DNA of 64,000 bases from Nitrospirales bacterium. GTDB taxonomy: Bacteria; Nitrospirota; Nitrospiria; Nitrospirales; UBA8639. The translations under genes were made by a program, and so were the position numbers. Under the pieces are notes generated by a model, which was not told the DNA's origin, made no database searches, and saw only the letters and a program-made list of their open reading frames with translations. Shown one piece after another: positions 40,842 through 50,848 of the stretch. The stretch covers positions 128,001-192,000 of the forward strand of contig OY820905.2 in assembly GCA_963555755.3 (NCBI GenBank), given 5' to 3'. The number at the start of each line of letters is the position of its first letter. Positions within the stretch are counted from its first letter, which is position 1.

Positions 40842-41004
40842 CCTAGAAACGGCAGTTGGGCGCAAAAAAGACGTGCAAGATATTGGTGTGCATGGTGAAA
40901 TACAAAAAGTCGTGGTCACCTCGGTGGTGATGAGACATTTTTGTATTTTGCCAGGTGCGCCAAGAGCTTGCGCGGACTTTTGTGATCCAACTGCCGATTC
41001 TAGG
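40842..41004. mobile_element. MITE family B, uninterrupted copy
   Basis: CCTAGA ends; TTGAA at 40837-40841 and 41005-41009. Confidence 0.85.
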
Positions 41005-41139
41005 TTGAAGGGTCTGTCCGAGTCTACATAAAAATCTTGGAGAAGTTTGGCTGGGTTTGGTGTACTTTCTTGTAATTGCGAGATGGTAATCTAGTGTAAA
41101 ATATCCTGACATGTTGCATCGCTCACGGAAGGAGGACCG

Positions 41140-41691
41140 ATGAATAGTTTCAAACATACAAAGTACTTTTTGGTTGGGGCAGGCTTTTTCTGGTTTATGC
41201 TGAGCTGGTTTTTCCTTGAAGAAGGCATGTCTCTGGCTGCGGGTGTTCAGGGGGGAGCCAATAATCATTTGCATCGGGCAAAGATCTATTTGGCTGCTGG
41301 GGATTACCGAAGGGCAGTTGAAGCCTGTCAACGCAATGTTGATGAAACTCCGTCCGTGGAAAGTTACGTCTACCTCATTTATGTGTACCATGCGATTGAT
41401 GGATACCAGGAGTGGCTTGCCCAACAGGATAAATGGGGCGATGTGGGACGGTTAGCGCAGTCGATGGTGAATCGTGGGGCGATGGAGTTAGTCGATCCCC
41501 CGAGTACGCTATCTCGGATGGCCAAAGAAATCTTGCATGAAGGCCTGCGGGTACAGTTTGATATTGTCGCCGGCATGGCGAATCGTCTGGATAAAGCCCG
41601 AGTGGATGAATTGTGGCTGGAGCGAAAGGCTTGGGAAGAGGCGCATCCTGAAACTTGGTGGGCAGGTGTTCCTGAGTCCTGGAATTGGTAA
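41140..41691 (+). CDS. Exported hypothetical protein with a TPR-like helix pair
   Basis: GGAGG SD, hydrophobic N-terminus, AKIYLAAGDYRRAVEA. Confidence 0.75.
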   Translation: MNSFKHTKYFLVGAGFFWFMLSWFFLEEGMSLAAGVQGGANNHLHRAKIYLAAGDYRRAVEACQRNVDETPSVESYVYLIYVYHAIDGYQEWLAQQDKWGDVGRLAQSMVNRGAMELVDPPSTLSRMAKEILHEGLRVQFDIVAGMANRLDKARVDELWLERKAWEEAHPETWWAGVPESWNW

Positions 41692-41705
41692 CCACTGAAG
41701 AGCGT

Positions 41706-42260
41706 CTAGCGAATGTGAAAGGGGGGGGTAAACACTTCCTGTAAATTGATGATGCTTTTCCCGGGTCGCAGTTTAATGGGGTTGGTGAAATTGACTTTTT
41801 CACATGATCCCGAGGCGTTGTGTCGGGATTGAGGATAAAAGATCAGGGAGAGGTCATCGTCGTCTACCACATACACTGTTTGGCCTGGTGACCCAATGAG
41901 CGCGGTGGGCAGCATTCCCTCCCCTTCTTGAATCTGTGAGTATTGGAAATGCGGTTCACCCGCACATTTCTGTGACAAGTAATACGCCTCGACTCCTTCA
42001 GGACCTTTGAGACGGTTTTTCGTCACTCTCAGGGCCACGAGATGTCCCTCGATGGTAAAGGCAACCCATAAGGGACTGGCCTTGTCATTGAACATTCCCA
42101 AGACATTTCCCACCTTCGTATCGTTGGAATCGAAAACCGATAACTGGGTTCTCGGGAATAAGGTTTGGGCGTGACTCAGGCTTCCTGAACTCAGAATGAG
42201 GCAGGATCCCACGAACACACTTTTCAACCAAAAAGACATATTTCGTTGCATAGAAGGCAC
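41706..42260 (-). CDS. Exported hypothetical protein
   Basis: Signal peptide ending SHA-Q; convergent with its neighbour. Confidence 0.65.
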   Translation of the reverse strand: MPSMQRNMSFWLKSVFVGSCLILSSGSLSHAQTLFPRTQLSVFDSNDTKVGNVLGMFNDKASPLWVAFTIEGHLVALRVTKNRLKGPEGVEAYYLSQKCAGEPHFQYSQIQEGEGMLPTALIGSPGQTVYVVDDDDLSLIFYPQSRHNASGSCEKVNFTNPIKLRPGKSIINLQEVFTPPFHIR

Positions 42261-42544
42261 CTGTCTTTTTACTCCACATATTATAAAGGCTCAATTCAGC
42301 AGTCAGCAAGCCTATCCCCTTTATTATCTCGGCAATCGTGGGCAGACTTGAGACCAACATTCGATGAGGCTGGCGATCTTTTGGAAACAAGGTTTTGGCA
42401 ACGGAACATTTCAATGGATATAGGGGGGTGTTGTTGATCGTTGATTGAGTTGGGCGTGAAGTTGACACCCTGTGAAGGGGACGGTAGGATGCCGGTCTAG
42501 GATTTTTTCTCCAATCGTTATTAAAGAAGATGAAGGAGGATGCT

Positions 42545-42892
42545 GTGTCGGATTTTGTTGCGCAAGCTGATGATGGAAACTGGGAGAGTGAAGTCCTCAA
42601 ATCTTCTGACCTGGTGATGGTTGATTTTTGGGCAGTCTGGTGTGGTCCGTGCCAGATGGTTGCTCCCGTTGTGGAGGAGCTTGCGAAGGAATATGAGGGC
42701 AAGTTGAAAGTCATGAAACTCAATACGGATGAAGCCCCAGAAGTGGCGGGCCGATATCAGATTATGAGTATTCCAAGTATTCTCTTCTTTAAGAATGGCG
42801 AGCAAGTTGAAAAAATGGTTGGGGCCAGATCCAAACCGCAGTTTAAACAAATCATTGATTCCCTTCTCTCGCAACACTCGACTACGGTATAG
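42545..42892 (+). CDS. trxA: Thioredoxin
   Basis: DFWAVWCGPC; GTG start after AGGAGG. Confidence 0.95.
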   Translation: MSDFVAQADDGNWESEVLKSSDLVMVDFWAVWCGPCQMVAPVVEELAKEYEGKLKVMKLNTDEAPEVAGRYQIMSIPSILFFKNGEQVEKMVGARSKPQFKQIIDSLLSQHSTTV

Positions 42893-42920
42893 CGTGTTGT
42901 TCCTACTGATGTGATGTGCC

Positions 42921-44600
42921 ATGCTCCTTGAGCTGCGCATTTCCAATTTTGCCCTGTTTGATCAATCCCACCTCGAATTTGTCCCAGGCTTCATTGTGCT
43001 CACCGGAGAGACGGGTGCCGGAAAATCTCTTCTGGTAGATGCATTGGCGTTGCTGCTTGGAGGCCGGGCCGTCGGAGATCAGATTCGAACTGGGGCTGAA
43101 GAATCCAGTCTCGAAGCGATTTTCTCAGTGTCGTCCATTCAGGCAGTGCAGGATTGGTTACAAGATTCCGATCTTGCGACTCACGACTCTGAGGAACTGC
43201 TGATCCGGCGAGTGCTTTCCCGGTCCGGGCGCAATCGGGCCTATGTCAATGGAACTGCCACCCCTCTGCATCAACTCCAGGAGCTTGGCCGACTGCTACT
43301 TGATATTCATGGTCAGCATGATCAACAGTCGTTGCTCTCTTCGCGTGTACAGTTGGAGTTGGTCGATGCCTTTGGTGGGTTGGCTCCTCTCAGAACTGAG
43401 TTTGAATCGAATTTTGAGCGCTGGCACACACAGCAACGAGAATGGGATCGACTTCGTGAACAGTCAAAGGATCGGATTATCCGCGAAGAGTTTCTTCAAC
43501 ATGAATATGATGAATTGACCAACGCTCAACTCGAAACGGGCGAAGAGGAGTCCTTGCTGCTCGAGTATCGGCGTCTTCAAAATAGTGGAAAGTTGTCTGA
43601 GCTTTCGAATCAGGCATATGATCTCCTGTATGAACAAGAATCGTCGATTCTTTCCCACCTGCAAAGTCTCAATCGTGTAGTCCAAGATCTGGGAACCATT
43701 GATCCTGCCACAAAGGCGTGGAGCGACATGGTCGAGGGAGCCAGTGCTCAATTGGAAGAACTCTCTCATGCCTGCCGCGATTATCGTGATGGACTGGATC
43801 ACGACCCTGATCGGCTGGGGCAGATTGATGAACGATTGGCTTTTCTCCAACGTCTCAGGAAAAAATATCACGACAGTCTGGATGGGTTGATTGCGAGACG
43901 GGATACGATCCAACACGAATTATCGGAGTTGTCTGACTTGGATCATCGGCTCCAGGTCTTAGAGGACGCTGTCACGCGTGCCTACCAGGAGGCCCACAAT
44001 AAGGCCCAAGCCTTGTCCCAATCTCGCCAAAAGATTGCGCAACATCTCCAGCAGCGAGTGATGGCAGAATTGGCTGACTTGAAAATGGAGCAGACCAGGT
44101 TTCAGGTACAGTTTGGGGAACTGTCTGGGGAAAAGGCTATGGGCTCAACCGGGATGGATCGCGTGGAGTATCTATTTTGTGCGAACCCGGGAGAATCCCT
44201 CCAACCTCTTGGTCGTGTCGCGTCGGGAGGAGAACTTTCGCGGTTGATGTTAGCGATTAAAACCGTGTTGGCGGATGTCGATCAGATTCCGGTTTTGGTG
44301 TTCGATGAAATTGATACCGGTGTAGGTGGAGAAGTGGCTGCGGTGATGGGCCAGCGTCTTCGAGCCCTTGGCCAATCCCACCAGGTGTTTTGCTTGACCC
44401 ATCTTCCGCAAATTGCGTCACAAGGTACACAACACTTTGTTGTGGAAAAGGTCATGGATCAGAACCGAACGACGACCAAGATCGCGCATCTGGGAAAATC
44501 TGAGCGAAAGAATGAAATCGCTCGTATGCTGGGTGGGGAACAACCCACCTCGACTGTTCGAAAAGTTGCAGCAGAGATGCTGGATATCCCCAACAATTAG
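42921..44600 (+). CDS. recN: DNA repair protein RecN
   Basis: TGETGAGKS, IHGQHD, ASGGELSR, FDEIDTG, THLPQIA. Confidence 0.97.
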   Translation: MLLELRISNFALFDQSHLEFVPGFIVLTGETGAGKSLLVDALALLLGGRAVGDQIRTGAEESSLEAIFSVSSIQAVQDWLQDSDLATHDSEELLIRRVLSRSGRNRAYVNGTATPLHQLQELGRLLLDIHGQHDQQSLLSSRVQLELVDAFGGLAPLRTEFESNFERWHTQQREWDRLREQSKDRIIREEFLQHEYDELTNAQLETGEEESLLLEYRRLQNSGKLSELSNQAYDLLYEQESSILSHLQSLNRVVQDLGTIDPATKAWSDMVEGASAQLEELSHACRDYRDGLDHDPDRLGQIDERLAFLQRLRKKYHDSLDGLIARRDTIQHELSELSDLDHRLQVLEDAVTRAYQEAHNKAQALSQSRQKIAQHLQQRVMAELADLKMEQTRFQVQFGELSGEKAMGSTGMDRVEYLFCANPGESLQPLGRVASGGELSRLMLAIKTVLADVDQIPVLVFDEIDTGVGGEVAAVMGQRLRALGQSHQVFCLTHLPQIASQGTQHFVVEKVMDQNRTTTKIAHLGKSERKNEIARMLGGEQPTSTVRKVAAEMLDIPNN

Positions 44601-44650
44601 CCTTGCAACATGTTGGAATTAATACATTCTCCGATCATTGTCTGACATGT

Positions 44651-45328
44651 TTATACTTTCCAAAAGAACACTGCGGCCATCCGTTTAGAGGCTATCTCGT
44701 GTCCCCAGCCAAAGTATGAACTCGCCGAATGAATCAAATCTGACTTATACGCCAGCAATCGATTGAAGACATACGACACTTCCAACATTTCCTCGAACAT
44801 CGTTGGGTCCATCTGTGAGGGGAGCCCGGGAACTTGGCTCAAGCTTTCATATTGACGTGGGCAGGCATTGCCTCCAGGCTCTTCGCCCGGGAGGTGCAGG
44901 CGATAAAATGAGGTGCCGCAATGTGGGGTTGGCGGGCTCGGATGCAAATACAGGACAGCCGCATAATCGCAGATGCTTGCGGAATCGACATGGGGACGAG
45001 CAACGCCTTCCGCACCACCACAGATTTGAATGTGATTATGTCCTGAGATACCCATGTCGGAATCACTTTGGGGTTTCAGGGATTCAATGCCTAGTCCTTT
45101 TTTCACGCAGGCTTCAATGTGGCTCAATTCGTCATCTGTTAAGGCGTGAGGTGCTCGCATCCCTGGCCAGGGTTCGGGTCTCCAGGGGGAACCTAAGGTC
45201 CAGGTGCTGTTGGCGATGCAGCGTTGTGCGACCTCCAGGGCGTTGGGCAAGACATTGTCTTCCACCCAATAATCTTTCCCGAGTTGTGGCTCACGAAAGG
45301 TCAGGTCCACTGCCATCATGTCCTCCAT
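44651..45328 (-). CDS. 2OG-Fe(II) oxygenase-like protein (DUF6445-like)
   Basis: WPGMR, PHVD, AAVLYL, GTSFY, FNRL......IHS. Confidence 0.75.
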   Translation of the reverse strand: MEDMMAVDLTFREPQLGKDYWVEDNVLPNALEVAQRCIANSTWTLGSPWRPEPWPGMRAPHALTDDELSHIEACVKKGLGIESLKPQSDSDMGISGHNHIQICGGAEGVARPHVDSASICDYAAVLYLHPSPPTPHCGTSFYRLHLPGEEPGGNACPRQYESLSQVPGLPSQMDPTMFEEMLEVSYVFNRLLAYKSDLIHSASSYFGWGHEIASKRMAAVFFWKV

Positions 45329-45538
45329 TGCTGGCCGAGCTGTGGGAAAAAGATTTGCCTGTTTAGTCGTGACTTGTCAGAATGGCAGGATAATCAGGGG
45401 CTTCTCATTGGGTCAAGGATTGGCCTAATCGTGGTGTGAATTGGGACTCTTGATGTTCTCGTGTCGCACAGGGTAGATCAGCGAGCAAACCCGACATAGA
45501 CGATTTACCGCTTAAGCCAAAGGGCAAGAAGGGGGATC

Positions 45539-46279
45539 ATGCAAGAAGGGGTTCTGGACAGCGTTTCACAGGAATTGAACAATGCCATTGCTCGGTATCC
45601 CGATGAATCGATAGTCAAGACCTACCTTGACCAAGGTGAGTTTTTTTCAATTGATCAGTTCTTGCCGCAAGAGGTCATCGACCAATTCATGATCGAAGTC
45701 GAAACTGTCCGCCCCCGGCTAAACCGCAACTACGTCCCGACTCATAAAAAGGGGGGCAGTGTCAGTCATTATCTGCTACGCCAATCAGCACCATCCATTT
45801 TAGCGTTCTACCGCTCTCCAGCGTTCATCGAGTGGTTAAGCCGAATCTCAGGAGAGCCATTACAAATCTGTCCCGACGATGATCCCCATGCCTGCGCCCT
45901 GTATTTTTATACCGAAGCGGGCGATCATATTGGCTGGCACTACGATACCTCCTATTACAACGGCGCCCGATATACCGTGCTGCTCGGTCTGGTGGATCGA
46001 TCCACTAGTCGGTTAAAATGCCGCCTGCACACCAAAGAACCAGGTCGTGAAGTGCAGGAATTAAGCCTCTCAACCGATCCAGGCCTGTTGATTTTTTTCA
46101 ACGGCGACAAACTCCACCACGCGGTCACACCATCGGGTGAGGGAGAAGAACGCATCGTGCTCACGCTGGAATACGTGACAGACCCCACCATGAGTCCTGC
46201 TAAGCGTTGGTATTCCAATTTAAAAGATGCCTTTGGCTACTTCGGTCTGCCAGCTCTTCTTCGCCAATCAGGAAAATAA
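45539..46279 (+). CDS. 2OG-Fe(II) oxygenase
   Basis: GDHIGWHYD, H.VTP......R. Confidence 0.85.
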   Translation: MQEGVLDSVSQELNNAIARYPDESIVKTYLDQGEFFSIDQFLPQEVIDQFMIEVETVRPRLNRNYVPTHKKGGSVSHYLLRQSAPSILAFYRSPAFIEWLSRISGEPLQICPDDDPHACALYFYTEAGDHIGWHYDTSYYNGARYTVLLGLVDRSTSRLKCRLHTKEPGREVQELSLSTDPGLLIFFNGDKLHHAVTPSGEGEERIVLTLEYVTDPTMSPAKRWYSNLKDAFGYFGLPALLRQSGK

Positions 46280-46374
46280 AATTCGACAGCGGTTCCTTGG
46301 TACGGCCAACCGTATTGAAACTATGACTTTCTGGTTCATTCGAATCTGACAATTTTTCTTAAAATTTTTTAACG

Positions 46375-46568
46375 ATGAACTGTCCTCTTTGTGGAAATGA
46401 AGGGAATCTTTGTGAGTCGCATGTTGTTCCCGAGTTCTTATTCAAACCAGCCTACGACACAAGTCATCGTCTAAAATTCTTCAATAGGGGCAGCTCCGGT
46501 TCGCGGATTTTTCAGAAGGGATTTCATTCCAAGTTGCTCTGTCTTTCTTGTGAAAAATTTTGTTGGGG
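46375..46568 (+). pseudogene. Truncated Zn-binding (HNH-like) gene
   Basis: CPLC...SHVVP...LLC..CE, cut off at the repeat/intron site. Confidence 0.55.
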
Positions 46569-48541
46569 GTAGAGTAGAGCACTGGTGCTCATCCTGGAGC
46601 TGCTCTCGAACGTTTCGGCGCACGCGCCTACTCCGGGCCAGAGCAGTCAGAAATAACCAGCGCTCCCTCATCAAACCGTGCATGCGGTTTTCTCGCACAC
46701 GGCTTTCCGATGTTCTTCAGGCCAAGGCATGCGCCGAGCGCCAGCCCGGTCCCACAGGAACCTTGTACAGCCCGTAACGCCCGTAAAGATCAGCATGCGG
46801 GAAGCGGCCTAGGCCGCTTCGTCGATCCTTCACCTTATGGCGTTTCATCAAGTGAGTTCGCAGCCGGGCTTCCGCATGGTTTCTGACCTTGTTCATCGCC
46901 AGACTTGAGTTACGATAGTGGAAATAGTTCGCCCACCCTTTCAGGCTGCGATTGACCGTTCCCACGATAGCACTCAAGGGAATGGCAGTCAGTTCCCGTT
47001 GTGTTAGTGCCGTCAGCCTCGCCTTGATTTTCTTCAGCGATGGCTCCGACGGACGAACATTCGGGTACGGTTTCCCAGAACGTCCCCCTCGACTCAGCTG
47101 AATCGTAAAACCCAGGAAGTCGAAGCTCGCTTGGGTGGCGTCCACGATAGTCGTCTTGGTCTCGTTGAGCGTGAGGCCCAATCGTGCCAGTACGGCTCGC
47201 ACCACCTTCAGCGGTTCCACGACATCTTTTCGGCACAGCACGACAAAGTCGTCTGCGTAGCGCACGAGGTGCGCTTGCAGCTTGTCTTTGAGGTGCCGCC
47301 GTTGCCATAGCCGATCCAACTGGTGTAGGTAGCAGTTGGCCAATAGCGGTGAGAGCACCCCGCCTTGCGGCGTGCCTTTGCTGTTGGCATTCCCGCCACC
47401 CACACCCCGCTTCACGCCGTTGTCGTCTTCACCAATGACCGGGGCTTTGAGCCACAGCTTGATGAGGTGCAAGATGCCACCGTCAACAATGCGCTCAGCG
47501 ACCATGGCCAGCAGCTTGGCATGCGGGATACTGTCGAAGTAGTTCGACAGGTCGGCGTCTATGACGTGGGTGTAGCCTGCCCAGAGCGTATGGGCAATGT
47601 CGTTCACCGCATCATGGGCCGATCGCTTGGGCCGGAATCCGTACGAATTCGCACAGAAGTCGGCTTCAAAGATCGGCTCGATGATGAGCTTGACTGCCAT
47701 TTGCGCCACTCGGTCTCGGATCGTCGGGATCCCTAGCGGACGCAGACTGCCGTCCGCTTTGCGTATCATGACGCGCCGCACCGGTTGGGCTCGGTAGGTC
47801 TTGGCTTTCAGATCACGGGCCAATTCCCGCAGAAACGTGTCTACCCCGATTCCACTCTCTATGGCCTTGAAGCTGATCCCATCACTACCGGGGCTGCCTC
47901 GATTGGCTCGGACAAGCCGCCAGGCATGATTGAGGATATCCTCCTGGCTGATCTTGTCGTAGAGTGCGTAAAAGCGATAGGCCGGTTCTTGCTTGGCCTT
48001 GGCATACAGCTTCCTCTGCAGCGTCCTGATCGTCTCCGGGGTGGTTAGCGCCATGGCAATCCCCTGATCCTCCGCTCTTCGGTTGCATGAACAAAGCAGG
48101 GTTCCTTCCCTCGACCGGGGTTGTGTTGTCCCTCGGCCTCAAGCGGTACTATGAACCCCTCCGACTCCCGTTCCGGGCCGCTGTGATTTCGTGGCCTTAT
48201 ACACATTGGTCGGTGTCCTCCCCACCCCCAAAACGGGTCTCCAGCACTGGGCTATACGTCTTCCAGAACATGCCGTCCTTGCTACCCCGGGAGTCGATGG
48301 GTGTCACTTCCGTTATTCCAGCACCCTTCCAGCGGCCTTCCCCTTCTGACCACAGGGTCGGCGTCTCCACTTTGTTTACGAGGCTACTCATAGGTTCACT
48401 TGCGTTACGGCCTGCTCTTTTGCTGTGTGGAAACTTACGACCCCGCGTTACCACGACGCCGCTTCCTCATGCTACCAAGGTGTACGGACAATTCCTTGGA
48501 CGGGACTTTAACCCGCTAGACATACTGCTGTTACTGCGAAC
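46569..48541 (-). mobile_element. Complete group II intron (IIB-like)
   Basis: 5' GTTCG at 48541; DV AAGCCGTGTGCG...CGCATGCACGGTTT (~46673-46705); 3' CTCTAC at 46569; ligated exons recreate the adjacent 20-bp repeat. Confidence 0.92.
46717..48054 (-). CDS. ltrA: Group II intron RT/maturase without an endonuclease domain
   Basis: RPLGIPT.RDR, GTPQGG..SP, RYADD, GW..YF. Confidence 0.95.
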   Translation of the reverse strand: MALTTPETIRTLQRKLYAKAKQEPAYRFYALYDKISQEDILNHAWRLVRANRGSPGSDGISFKAIESGIGVDTFLRELARDLKAKTYRAQPVRRVMIRKADGSLRPLGIPTIRDRVAQMAVKLIIEPIFEADFCANSYGFRPKRSAHDAVNDIAHTLWAGYTHVIDADLSNYFDSIPHAKLLAMVAERIVDGGILHLIKLWLKAPVIGEDDNGVKRGVGGGNANSKGTPQGGVLSPLLANCYLHQLDRLWQRRHLKDKLQAHLVRYADDFVVLCRKDVVEPLKVVRAVLARLGLTLNETKTTIVDATQASFDFLGFTIQLSRGGRSGKPYPNVRPSEPSLKKIKARLTALTQRELTAIPLSAIVGTVNRSLKGWANYFHYRNSSLAMNKVRNHAEARLRTHLMKRHKVKDRRSGLGRFPHADLYGRYGLYKVPVGPGWRSAHALA

Positions 48542-48571
48542 GGTCAGGTCTTGTGTTGGGGGGTCAGGTCT

Positions 48572-50040
48572 CAATACTGTTCACTTAGATGAAAATCTGT
48601 TATACTTCGCCTCCACACGTAATCTGGGAGGAGGCAACATGGCAAGAAAGAAAGTCGGCTTGGGGGCGGGGGCTCGATTGGCGGATTATTTGAGCACGGG
48701 ATTACTGGCTCGTGCCTTTCCGGTGGCCATCATCAACGAAGAACTTGACGCACATCATTGTAACAGTGAACGTGTCCGCACCTTTCCCGCTTCTGCCGTG
48801 GTGTACTACACCATGGCGTTGAGCTTATACAGCGAGGCCGCGTACGAAGCGGTGTTTGCCGCTGTGGCCCAAGGGCTGGCATGGAAAGACCACAAACCCG
48901 TTGCTCCCGTGACCGTTGTCAAATCAGCCATCAGCAAAGCCCGCTCACGGCTGACGTGGAAGGCGCTGAAAGCCATTGGACAGCGCTGCTTGCGCCCGTT
49001 GGCTCGTCCAGAGCATGCCCACGCCTTTTTTGCAGGCTACCGACTCGTCGCGATAGATGGCTCCAACTTTGAGGTCCCGGATGAGGAAGCCAATGTGCAA
49101 GTCTTTGGGTACCCAGGGAGCCGAACCGGGCAGGCCGGCTACCCCCAAGCCCAGTGCGCCATTTTGACGGAATGTGCCAGTCACGCCATTTTGGATGCCG
49201 AACTAGGGGCCTATAAGCAGGCCGAATGGGAGGTGGCCGCGCCCTTGGTGCGTCGCCTCACGCCCGACATGCTCTGCATGGCCGATCGCGGCTTTGTCGG
49301 GTACGCCCATTGGCAGGCCGGCCTTCAGACCGGAGCGCAACTACTCTGGCGCATGCCGAAGAGCTTGATCCTTCCAGTTGACAAGCTGTTGGACGATGGC
49401 TCGTACCTGAGCCATCTGTATCCCAGTGAACGCGCCAGAAGAAAGCGAATTGATGGGATCGCCATCAGGGTGATTGAGTATGTCTTACCGCAGGGGCCCA
49501 ATAGCGAACCGCTGTACCGTCTCGTCACCACGCTGCTGGATGACCAAGGCGCACCCGCCCAGGACCTGGCTCAACTGTATCACGAGCGCTGGGAGGTGGA
49601 ATTGGTGTTTGATGAGCTGAAGACGCACCTGAGGCAACGTCGTCGCGTCCTGCGCAGTAAAACGCCAGAGTTGGTGCGTCAAGAGTTCTACGGATGGGTG
49701 ATGGCCCACTACGCCGTGCGCTGGTTGATGTATCAAGGGGCCACCCAGGCAGACATCCCTGACCGCACGGTATCTTTTACGGCCACGGTGCAGTTAGTGC
49801 GTCGAACCCTGCCCCAATCTGGGGCCCTTCCCCCCTGAGCGCCAAAAAACATGGTATCGGCTGCTGTTTGAGGCGACGGCGAAACTGTTGTGTGAATCCA
49901 GTCGTGGAAAAATCAAGCCGAGGATGGTGAAACGCCGAAACTCTCCATACGCACCGTACAAACGTCCGAGACCGCCCGTTGCGCAAATTGACTGGACACC
50001 ATCCATCAAACCACCGAAGATATCTAAGTGAACAGTATTG
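48572..50040 (+). mobile_element. IS4-family element
   Basis: 19-bp perfect ends caatactgttcacttagat; 10-bp duplication GGTCAGGTCT (48562-48571, 50041-50050). Confidence 0.95.
48639..49838 (+). CDS. IS4-family transposase (possible +1 extension to 50031)
   Basis: GGAGG-ATG; AIDGS, ADRGF, Y-x2-R-x3-E-x6-K. Confidence 0.93.
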   Translation: MARKKVGLGAGARLADYLSTGLLARAFPVAIINEELDAHHCNSERVRTFPASAVVYYTMALSLYSEAAYEAVFAAVAQGLAWKDHKPVAPVTVVKSAISKARSRLTWKALKAIGQRCLRPLARPEHAHAFFAGYRLVAIDGSNFEVPDEEANVQVFGYPGSRTGQAGYPQAQCAILTECASHAILDAELGAYKQAEWEVAAPLVRRLTPDMLCMADRGFVGYAHWQAGLQTGAQLLWRMPKSLILPVDKLLDDGSYLSHLYPSERARRKRIDGIAIRVIEYVLPQGPNSEPLYRLVTTLLDDQGAPAQDLAQLYHERWEVELVFDELKTHLRQRRRVLRSKTPELVRQEFYGWVMAHYAVRWLMYQGATQADIPDRTVSFTATVQLVRRTLPQSGALPP

Positions 50041-50155
50041 GGTCAGGTCTTGCAATGCAACATCAAAACGACTTTGCGGGGTAGACATGAATATTGAGTT
50101 ATTAATTCAGGTGGAAAAGGAGTCATCCTGAAGCGGTCCCTTTTTTCCGTTGCCA

Positions 50156-50575
50156 TCATGAAGGAAGGTTCTTGGGACCGAACACCACTAGTTGGGGGAA
50201 ATACGTCTGGTATTGCTGCCTATCGCGGGTGAGAAGGGGAAGACCCTCCACGGAGGCATGGGCTCCAATATAAAAATCTGGCAGAGGTGACCGTTTGGCC
50301 CCCTTTCGTTTTCTGTATTGAAGAAACACTTTTCCAGCTAAAAACAAAGCTTCTTTGGGGATGGGTCGCATGGTCAAACCTCCCTCCATCAGGGCGTGTT
50401 CTAAATCTTCAATTCGGGCAAATCCTATAGAGATTTCCGAGTAAATAATGGGGTTAATGTACAAGTCATAAGAGGCCTCATGGGAGGTTAATTGTTTTTC
50501 CGACCACGTTCCCCATTGCGGATCATCGACAAATACATCCAGAAGAATATTGGAATCCACCAATAATCCGTTCAC
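50156..50575 (-). CDS. vapC: PIN-domain toxin
   Basis: LVDSNILLD, PDFYIGAHA, LLTRD. Confidence 0.9.
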   Translation of the reverse strand: MNGLLVDSNILLDVFVDDPQWGTWSEKQLTSHEASYDLYINPIIYSEISIGFARIEDLEHALMEGGLTMRPIPKEALFLAGKVFLQYRKRKGAKRSPLPDFYIGAHASVEGLPLLTRDRQQYQTYFPQLVVFGPKNLPS

Positions 50576-50796
50576 CGATTCCCCCGCGTTAATCGTAAAA
50601 TCTCATCGGTGGTCATTCGCACTTTTCCTATCCCTCGCAGGTTTCGAAATCGTGTAGTGGCTTTCTCTGTTTCCCCTTTTTTTACAATCACACGCCCCTT
50701 TTCTTCCACAAACTCCACTTCCGAGTGACTGGATAATCCAAGTTTCTTTCGGATATGGAGAGGAATGGTTACCTGTCCCTTGCTTGTTAACCGCAT
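50572..50796 (-). CDS. vapB: AbrB/MazE-type antitoxin
   Basis: TSKGQVTIP..IR..LG; 4-bp overlap with the toxin. Confidence 0.9.
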   Translation of the reverse strand: MRLTSKGQVTIPLHIRKKLGLSSHSEVEFVEEKGRVIVKKGETEKATTRFRNLRGIGKVRMTTDEILRLTRGNR

Positions 50797-50812
50797 AGCC
50801 CACCTCCTGTTG

Positions 50813-50848
50813 AGTAAAAGTAATACTTAACATTGTAATACTCTTACT
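50813..50848. promoter_or_regulatory. Putative TA autorepression operator
   Basis: agtaaaagtaatac-N8-gtaatactcttact imperfect palindrome just upstream of vapB. Confidence 0.6.

Noticed and set aside
46280..46570. Integron cassette/attC site targeted by the intron
   Set aside because: No recognisable attC boxes or integrase; the target is the GGTCAGGTCTTG motif
46717..48054. RT as a retron, DGR or defence RT
   Set aside because: DV, DVI, EBS1 and the maturase domain identify a group II intron; no TR/VR pair or msr-msd seen
48087..48638. 583-aa ORF suggesting an N-terminally extended transposase
   Set aside because: The extension is antisense intron RNA lying mostly outside the IS end; the real start is ATG 48639 with an SD
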